Shown here in pieces: positions 54,265 through 64,000 of a stretch of DNA of 64,000 bases. This DNA comes from the human T2T-CHM13v2.0 reference genome, Homo sapiens: NCBI RefSeq assembly GCF_009914755.1, contig NC_060944.1. The stretch is one strand, 5' to 3'. Position 1 is the first letter of the stretch; every line of letters begins with the position of its first letter. Position numbers and translations under genes: made by a program. The notes beneath the pieces are model-generated. The model ran no database searches. It was not told the DNA's origin and saw only the letters and a list, made by a program, of their open reading frames with translations.

Positions 54265-54512
54265 TTTATTTATTTATGAGTCAGAGTCTCACTCTGTCAC
54301 CCAGGCTGGAGTGCAGTGACTGGGTCTCAGCTCACTGCAACCTCCGCCTCCTGGGTTCAAGTGATTCTCATGCCTCAGCCTCCCATGTAGCTAGGATTAC
54401 AGGCATGTGCCACACACCCAGCTAATTTTTGTAATTTTAGTAGAGACGGGGTTTCACTATGTTGGCCAGGCTGGTCTCAAACTCCTGACCTCAGATGATC
54501 CATCTGCCTTGG
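54265..54512 (-). mobile_element. AluS (Sx-like), 5'-truncated
   Basis: (TTTA)n tail; TSD ctacacatttta at 54253-54264 and 54514-54525. Confidence 0.96.
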
Positions 54513-55991
54513 ACTACACATTTTAAAATAAGCAGATGATTTATCCTCAGTGACTCAATGAATAAGTAAATACTTAAATATTCAGCAAGAATTTACAGAA
54601 TCTCTATTTTATATGAGCCCCAAGCTGAACCAATTGTGGAAGGATAGAAAAGTCTTCTTGACAAGTTTTCCTGGGCACTGTGGTGTTTCTTAATTTGCTG
54701 CTGTTGTTTCTGCTATTTCTAATTGGTTTTGTTATCTCCATTCTTTGTGTTGTATTTCCCTGAGGTGTGGAGAAGTTAAGGCCAGAGTTAACGTTTATAG
54801 CATTAATTCAAACCCCAGAAGACAAGAGATTGATAAGAGAAGAAAGGAAAGGTAGAAAAAAGATTATCTACAAGCCAGTCCCTCCTGCTACTCTTTAACT
54901 GAAACCATGAAGAATGAACCCAAGCTTAATACATTTGGTATGCCCTGTGTTGTGTATTTGTGTGCATGATGTTGTGGGTTATTGTATGCATCACTGTTCC
55001 TTTGAGAACTTAGTGGAATTCCATTAGGTTCCAATTTAACCCATCAAACAATGTCATAAATCAGGAACAATTTACCTTCCTGATCTAACTGGGAAGGACT
55101 TTACTCAGATTAAAAAGAGTTAAAGTTCCAAGGGAATCACTAACTCTCCTTTGTTGGGAAAAGTGCTCCTAATTTGACGTTTCCTCACATTCCAGCCATA
55201 CCTCATGGTGGAGGAACTAGGAGATTTCCGGGTCCATGGTGTATGATTTAATGATTTGTGAAAGGCAAGAATGTTAACTTAGTTGATTACTCAAAACTGA
55301 CTGATAAGGTATCAGACAGGTTAATTTGCTACTTTTCTAACCTCTCCCAGAGAACTTGAACCAAAGCCTCCTTCTCCATAGGTCATCTTTATTGCCCTCC
55401 GCATGGAAGGCTAAGAATTTTTGAAGGAAACAAGCATTTTATTCCTGTGCTTTCATTTGCTCCATCATTTTATTCCAAAGAGACAGCCTTTATTTGTGAT
55501 AACCTCATTATTTCCTCAACAACCAGTGGTGATGTCACAGTTGAAATATTTTGATCTCAGATGGAAAAAGAACCCTGGCAGATAGGGCCTGTTTACACTG
55601 AGAAATAGAGCTTAGTGCTGAGGGTAAAGAGCAAGGCATTCTCCTTTTAATTCAAACACTAACAGTTATCAGAGTGTTATCTGGGAGACAAGCTCCTGGG
55701 GATTCTGTGATCTAAAAGAGTGGCTTTTGACTCGTACCTTGTTCCTTACAGCCATTGCCTCCATGGAATCCTACAACCCCATTTCTAGAAGGGACCCAAA
55801 GAGCATCAGTCTTTTCCTTTGCCTGCAGAGGTTTAGGAGATCTCTGTTTACCTTGGTCTGGGAAGCTTGTTTTATATGTATTCTTGAGAAGGTGCTTATT
55901 CTCTGAAATGAGCCAATAAAGAAATTGTTGTTTTATATGCATTTATTACAGGAAATAAGGCTAAAGTCAAAAGTTTTAAAAGTGAATTATA

Positions 55992-56319
<328 letters not shown>

Positions 56320-57629
56320 TCAATTGCATCCTTGAGTACTTGGCATTTAACAAACCAAAGGATATTTTTTAATGATAAAATAACCCTGTGAGAGGACATA
56401 AAAATTCCACGATATGATTCTATCATGTATTAGAGACTTAAAAAAAACACTACTAACAATAACATATAAGATTACATTTACAGAATTGTATACAGAAGAT
56501 ATACTAATAATATAGACCCCCAATATATGTCTAAACAATTCAAGATGATCTAAACTTCTTTTCTGTTCAGATTTTATTATTTTAAGAAACACATGCATAT
56601 GCATGTTTAGACTGTTAGTTATGCATATATTTTTTGAATTTAATTGGGTGAGATATTTGTGGCAAGTGAATGCAGGCTTCAAATGTGGGTTGAGTGGGAA
56701 ATAAAATTCAGATTTAAGGATGATCATCTAAAGCTATTATGTCATTAACATTATAGCAGGCACAGCAATACGTTAACATCATAGACCTGGGAAAGCTGGA
56801 CAGAGTTGGGAGATTGTGATGGTCCTAAAAAAGGCCCTGATAATCATTTAGCATGAAATTATATAGCCTTCAGTAAAAACTTTATTATAATTCTGTGCAT
56901 TAAACAAATATCCAATTAACTGACAATAAGAAAAATGAGAATCGTCAGGTAAACCCTTGATCAAATCTTTTTCACCTGATTTTCTACTAAATCCAGAGTC
57001 TCAAAGCAGTCTATGTAGAGAGCACCCTCTGTGAATGTATGGATAAAATGCATCCTCCCCTGGTCACCAGGTAAAGGAGCTACTAATTCTCCTTGCCTCA
57101 GGGTCACACATGCTAGGCCTCAAATCCCCTTGGCTTTCTAATCAGCCTTGGTTCTGGATTTTCATTCGTTCCTTGTTGAAGGTGAACATGCAGAATTTAT
57201 TCTACACAATGTCGCTAGTGACAAACGAAGAAAAGAAAGGGCCAGCTAGAACTTAACAGTTCCAACTATCTCAACCTTCATTCTACTGAAAACCACAGAA
57301 TGCCTCACTTCTGTAGAGTCCTCTTTATCTAAGGCAAACAGTGCTAAGTAGCACTTCATTACTTAACGATTATTAAGAAATGAATTCTCTCAACCCTTAG
57401 GCTTCTTTGAAATAACTATTATGTGTCGTAGACTCAATGGACAAATATAGAACCAAATGCCACCCTTTTAACAGTGCTCTGAGACTGGCCGGGGAAGAGG
57501 GTGCTTATGTTGAAGAAGCCCAGGAAAAGCTCTGCATGTGACCAGGAAGGAGAGAGGCCAGGGACTAGGAAAGAGCAGGCAGGGGCCAAAAGGGAAGTCA
57601 AATGTGGTGCACCGGGCATGCATCTTTCA

Positions 57630-57850
57630 GCCAGCCTGGCGAAGGTTCAAAATGAGCTCTGTAATCTCCTGGGTATGTGACCTGTGGTGTGTACTTAACC
57701 TTTCTGATCCTCGGCTCCTCGCCTCTAAAATTATGATAATAAGATTGCCTTCACAGTGCTGTCGTAAGGATTCAATGGCATCATGTACGTGAATCATTTA
57801 GCACGGTGCCTTAGATAAACTCAGTAAACAGATAGTGTTATGTCAAAAAT
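57630..57850 (+). mobile_element. MIR SINE
   Basis: ggttcaaaat...tgtgacct...tacttaacctttctg...atttagcacggtgcct. Confidence 0.75.
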
Positions 57851-58007
57851 TGTATTACCTATGTTGTTATTATTGTTATTAAAGTATGCTTCAAAAGTTG
57901 GCCCTGTGATAAAATACAAATAGACCCCAAAAGAGGTCTGTGAAATAAAGCCATTTGGAACTAAGGTGGCATGTAAGATAATATATTTAAGAGTGATTTC
58001 TATTTAT

Positions 58008-58800
<793 letters not shown>

Positions 58801-59333
58801 TGCAGGTGTGGGAAAAGGGGGTCAGAGGAAAACGGAGGCTAGAGATGAAGAAGCTGTTGGAACTAGTTGAACTGAGCCTGGAAGAAATGGGATGAGATGA
58901 GAGGTGATCAGGAGCAGGTGATTAGGTCTGGTCTTAGCAAAAGGAAGGGCACCTCATCATCTGAGAAGGTAGAGAAAGAGGCGAGTAAAGACGGGTGTAG
59001 ATGAAGACAAGGTTATAGATAGCAGAAGACAGAAGGTTCACCTAGGAAGCCTCTAATTTTTGTGTACTTAGAAGCATGGTTATTTACTGAGATGAGGGGC
59101 GTAGCATGGACTGATTTGGAGGTTTGAGGAGAGGGTGAAAGTTCAGAAGAGTAGCTCAAGGATCTGAGCATCTATGAATGAATACGTCGTAGAGTTGTAC
59201 ACGGGCCCAGCGGAGGTTAAGACAACACATTCGTGGTGGCACAACTGGGTAATTTTTCTCTAGCCATGTTCAGTTTCCCAGGTGTAGGAAAAATAAGGGC
59301 AGGTGACGGGGTTGCTCCAGATGCAGTGAGAAT

Positions 59334-59397
59334 AAAAAAGAAAGAAAGAAAGAGAGAAAGAAAGAAAGAGAGAGAGAGAGGAAAAGAAAGAAAGAAA
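59334..59397 (+). repeat. (GAAA)n/(GA)n tract
   Basis: Read directly from the sequence. Confidence 0.9.
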
Positions 59398-60097
59398 CTA
59401 ACTCAAGAAAATTGAGTGTGCTTCTAAGAAAAGAGTTGAGATGGCCATATAGAAGACCCAGAGAAGACACAAAGGCAAGAGGTCAAGAGACAGTGGTGAC
59501 ATCAAGGATGACGGCATTGAAAGAACAAGCACGCCATAGGGAGGGAGGAAGAGACTTGAAAGGACAGGAGGTCACGGAGTAGGATATCAGTGTTGAAGTT
59601 CTCTGATACACAGCAGTTCTGGCTGGTGGCCAAGTCTGGGGTGTGGCTCTTGAAGTGGTAACTGCAGTGGAATGAAGGTAAAGTTCATTTTTATTTTAAA
59701 AAATAAAAAATTGTGAGGGCAGGTGTTGAAGAGGCAGGCTGTAGAGTTGCTGTGGACTGATCACAAGAGGTGGATGGGGGATGATGGTTATGATTCAAGT
59801 GCCAGCCTCCACCGAATGACTCAGATGGACAAAATCACAATGCCAGTGACAAAGGCAGAGAGGTGGTGCCATAGGCTTTAACTTCGAAGAGGAATGAGCT
59901 TTTTTGCCCAAGGGTGAAAAAGTAGTTCTGGAGCCATGAAACTGCTCTTCATCATGGTGACATAGCACAGAGAATCTCAGGCAATGGGACATAAGATTGG
60001 CGAGTTTAGATAGAGAAGGGAGAGAAGAGGAGGACCGGCCAGAGAGGACAGTAGACAGTGTGGAGAAGGTAACAGATGGGGGTGCGGAGAGTTCTCT

Positions 60098-60258
60098 AAC
60101 ACCTGGCCACAGTAGGTGTGGTCCCAATACTAGAAGCATAGGCATGGCATGGCGGCTTGTTAGAATGTAGCACCCACCCAGACCTACTGACTCAAAAGCA
60201 GCATTTTAGCAAGATCCCCTGGTAATGTGTGTGCCAATTTAAATTCTAGAAACACTCC
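60098..60258 (+). mobile_element. MER5A1-like hAT MITE
   Basis: gtgtggtccc...cttgttagaatg...cccagacctactgactcaaa...cattttagcaagatcccc. Confidence 0.82.
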
Positions 60259-61606
60259 TCTAAAAATAGGTAGGGTGATTACGGATGGGTAAGGGAAGAG
60301 TAAATACAAATTCTTTCCATTGATCCCAGCTCTCTCTGACCATGCTCATATGAGAAACTCAGCTTCTCCAAGGAATAATAGAAGGGTACTCTATTTCTCT
60401 CAGGATGTCAAAGCACCTTAGAAACATCCGTTTTAATTCTTTGCAGGCTTAATGAACTGTTTTCTGTCTCACATTCATTTATGCCAGGTGAGAGGGTGTC
60501 AGCAATCAAAACCTTGACTTCAGAGAGAGGCAGAAAAGGACAGAGAGAGAGAGAGAGAGAGAGAGAATGAGAACAACAAAAAGAAACTGCCTAAGGGCAC
60601 ATTGCTTTTACACAAGGAGTTGGTGGAAGAGCCAGGAGACAGAGCCAGGGCCCAACCTTCTGCACCACTATGTGTTCTGAGCATGGGACCACACTTCCTC
60701 TTCAGCCGGTCCCTCATGGCCAAAAAGCTGAGAGGAAACGATGCCAGGGAACCGGTAATTGTATAGCTTTTCCAGCATACTGCTCCAGTTCCACATAACG
60801 GGGCATGTCAAAACCTACTCTCCCATCTGAACACTCAGCAGTGACCAAATGGGCTGGAGGAAGTGAGAGAAATACCATGAAAATCCTGGGCTGCACCTCA
60901 GAGACTAATAAATAATTACTAATGGGAAAGAAAACAGAGGAAAGAGAAAGAGCAAAGGAGCAGGCAGGACAGGCGGAATGGATTCTGGCCCATGAGAGGG
61001 GAACAGATGCAAACAAAAAAATTTAACACACCAGGAGCAGTGACCCAAAGACAGCAAAAGAAAGAGAGTCAAGCTGGCTGGGGAGACTCGCTGTTCTCAC
61101 ATTTGATACGTCTGCTCACAACATGTTTCAGTGACTTATTGAAGCTCAGAATTGGGCTGTTAAATCATTCAGCATATGAGATTTGTCCTGAGTTAAATGG
61201 ATTACTTCCCTTTGTAGGTTTTTGGATAGTGGCTTATTTTAAAGGGGAGAACTAGAGGGTCTCTGCTGAAATATTGATGTGAGGGAGATTTTAACCCAGG
61301 CATCAGAAATGACCGAATGGAGACACAGGGGCAGGTGGCATATTGTAATTTGTCTGCCTCTTAAATTATGTAGTGTATGTATCACAATATATTGAATTTA
61401 AAACCTGAAGTATGACATTCAGTAAATAATTTACACCGGCTCTTTCATTAAGTGTGAGCTGAGGCTTAGGCTAATGAAACCTGATTTTAGTTAGTGCCTC
61501 ATTTAAATACAGATGCAGAAAAGGAAATTTCTTTAGTGCCACTAAGACAAGGCATGCTTGCTGTGTAGAAAACTTGAACTGAATCTTTCTCTCTCTCCCT
61601 CTCTGT

Positions 61607-61608
<2 letters not shown>

Positions 61609-61652
<44 letters not shown>
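61609..61652 (+). repeat. (CA)22
   Basis: Read directly; preceded by a (TC)n stretch. Confidence 0.97.
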
Positions 61653-61655
<3 letters not shown>

Positions 61656-62639
61656 TCCCCAGGAGTAGCCCAGGATAAAAATGAATAATACATTAATTTT
61701 TAAAACATGAAGTTCATTCAGGCTTCTCCTGCCTAACAATTTCTTTAAAATATATAACTAAAAAGAGGATTGTTTCACTTGGTATATACCATTTTTTTTC
61801 TCACAGAAGATTCTGATCCTGAGAAATATGCCTGGGATTTTGGGGATGACTGTGACCCATTCAGTAAACATCTATAAAGCAACTCCTCTAAGTTGTTCTC
61901 TAGGTTCTACAGGGAACCCACAGGGAGATAAGTTTCTGTTCGTGATCTAGCTGAGGGAGACTATTCATGCAGGTTTGCAAATTGAAATAACCATGCAAAG
62001 CAACCATGCCTACAATGTTACAACCAATGTACATCTTGGCTTGCAGAAACTGGTCCCACCAAGATATGTTCCATGTTTTGCAGAAAGGATGAAACTTGGG
62101 ACTGATATGGCCACCAATATCTGAGCTTGAAAACTTCGGTGGAAGTTAATGTCTCTTTGCACTCCTTCATGTGTTTGTTATCACAGTGCTACTTTTAATA
62201 TCTTTCTTTGTGAGCTAAGTAGCCATCACGTTAGCATACTGCTTTTAAAATGTTGTAAAACCTTTAGAGAATATATTCAAAAGGAATGATTCCTCCCTCT
62301 CCCTCATTCTTTCCATATCATGTCTGAGATAATAAAGACATAAACAAAGTCAACTGGAACACCTTCCAAAAAGGTTGAATGGGAAAAAGATGGCTACTTG
62401 TCTGTAAAGCCCCAAGGTAAGCTATTTTTAAGTTGGTGCACCCAAAACCATGATTTTTCACCTTGATCTTGACTAATGTAATTAATTTAATATGCATTTG
62501 TAATAGAAAGAATATAAAATATGTACAGAGTTCTTTAGTCTTAAAATGAGACATGAATCTCTTAGGTCAGTAGCCACTGGGCATGAGCCTGTGCCAGGTG
62601 AGGTGTCAACTGTATACAACGGTAGGGGTTGAGAGACAG

Positions 62640-63110
62640 GAAAGACCCCTTCTGGCTGGAGTAATTAAGGAAAGTTTATGGAGGAAAAGGTATCTTGTAT
62701 GAGTCTTGAAATAAGGGTAGGATTCTGTTAGTCAGGCATTGAGAGTGGAAGGCAACATACACAAAAATATAAAACCGTGAAAAGACAAGCGATAACTGGG
62801 AACATAAAGCTAGAAGATGTTGCATAGGGCACTGCAGGAAGAACAAGACTAGAAAAGTAGGTGGAAACTGATTTTCTGAGACCTGAAGCCAGACTGAGGA
62901 GGTGAAGGGTGACTAGTGGAGTCCTTGGGAAAGTGTGAAGTAGAGAAGGACATAATTAAAATGTCACTTTCAGGAGATTGCTTCAATGTGGAGTGCAGAA
63001 TTTGTTGGAGTAGGGAGGGACAGTGATTAGGGGAGTCTGTTAGGAGGCTTCTGCCATGCAGTTCAGGTATCTCTTAGATAAAAGTACATGAATTAATGTG
63101 GTAATAACGG
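62640..63110 (-). mobile_element. L2 fragment
   Basis: taaggaaagtttatggagga...gagtcttgaa...gggagtctgttaggaggct. Confidence 0.65.
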
Positions 63111-63149
63111 AGGCTTGCCATTTCCAGCTTCTCGCCTCTAAGTCAATTC

Positions 63150-64000
63150 TCAACCTACTGTTATTTGACTTCCTCTGCTGAACACATTCTGGACAGAACT
63201 TATTATTTCCCTCTCAAATCTGCTCCTTCTCTTATATTCCATATCTCACTCATGACACCACCAATGTCAGCCGAACCAAATAATTTCAAGTCAATCCTGG
63301 CTCCTTTCTCTGCTGAACCCTTCTTCATCCAAATGACCTCTAGTCTTCCTTATCTAACCATATACACATTTCTTAAATCAGCCCCTCGTGACAAACCATG
63401 CTATCTCTATTTAGCTCATCCTACCATTGTACAATCACATTATCCTAGTGTGATCACAGTGATCAGATCTCTCTCATCCAGCCATGGTAAAATAGCGTAG
63501 TGGTTCAACATTTGAATTTCAACCCAAACTTCCTGGGTTCAAAGCCATATACTCACACCTTTAGCTCTATGGCCACGGACAGATTTAGCTCTTTTTGCTT
63601 CCATTTCTTTATCTGTAAGATGGTAAATCAGAGTAGGCTGTTAGGAGTTACATGAGCTAATATTTGCCTAGCACTTAGAATGACATCTGGCATGTCATAG
63701 GTGCTATATAATGTTTTCTATTTTAATTAAAATAGAAAATAATCCACCCTTCCACTAATGCATGATGTTAACCATGCCTCTCTTCCTTAACTCTGTAGGC
63801 TGGAATCTAAGCTGGGTAACAAAACGTAGAAACTTTTCCATGGTCTGACCCCTGCTTCATCCTCCCATCTCATCTCCTACCCTCGCCTCACAGTTTGTGT
63901 TTAGATAATATTGTGTCACATGAAGTTCTCCAAGTCCACCACACTCAACCATGCCTTCCTGGTTCTCCTCCGAAGAGTCTGCCTGCTTGCCTTGTCCCCA
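63150..64000 (+). mobile_element. L2 fragment split by a MIR (about 63490-63725)
   Basis: L2: caaatctgctccttctcttatattccatatctca. MIR: gcgtagtggttcaaca...cctgggttcaaa...gcacttagaatgacatctggca. Confidence 0.65.

Overview
This is primate (very probably human) non-coding genomic DNA, either intergenic or a large intron. It is AT-rich and CpG-poor, with no CpG island. It carries the usual eutherian and primate repeat layers: nine Alu dimers plus one FLAM monomer, L1PA/L1M 3' fragments, L2, MIR, MaLR (MLT1) and ERVL (LTR16/LTR33) solo LTRs, hAT DNA-transposon relics, and many microsatellites. I cannot support any host protein-coding exon, tRNA, rRNA or CRISPR array. The ORF track consists of chance ORFs, Alu or microsatellite read-throughs, and one L1 ORF2p remnant. 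I did not find a convincing previously undescribed biological system. The best leads are two bZIP motif clusters (30.4-30.7 kb and 37.9-38.1 kb), three exon-shaped + strand segments that could belong to a lncRNA, a twin-primed inverted L1, several multi-layer nested insertions, and non-B-DNA or GGAA microsatellites. Repeat subfamily names come from remembered consensus sequences, not from a search. Boundaries without a target-site duplication (TSD) are approximate, about +/-20-30 bp.
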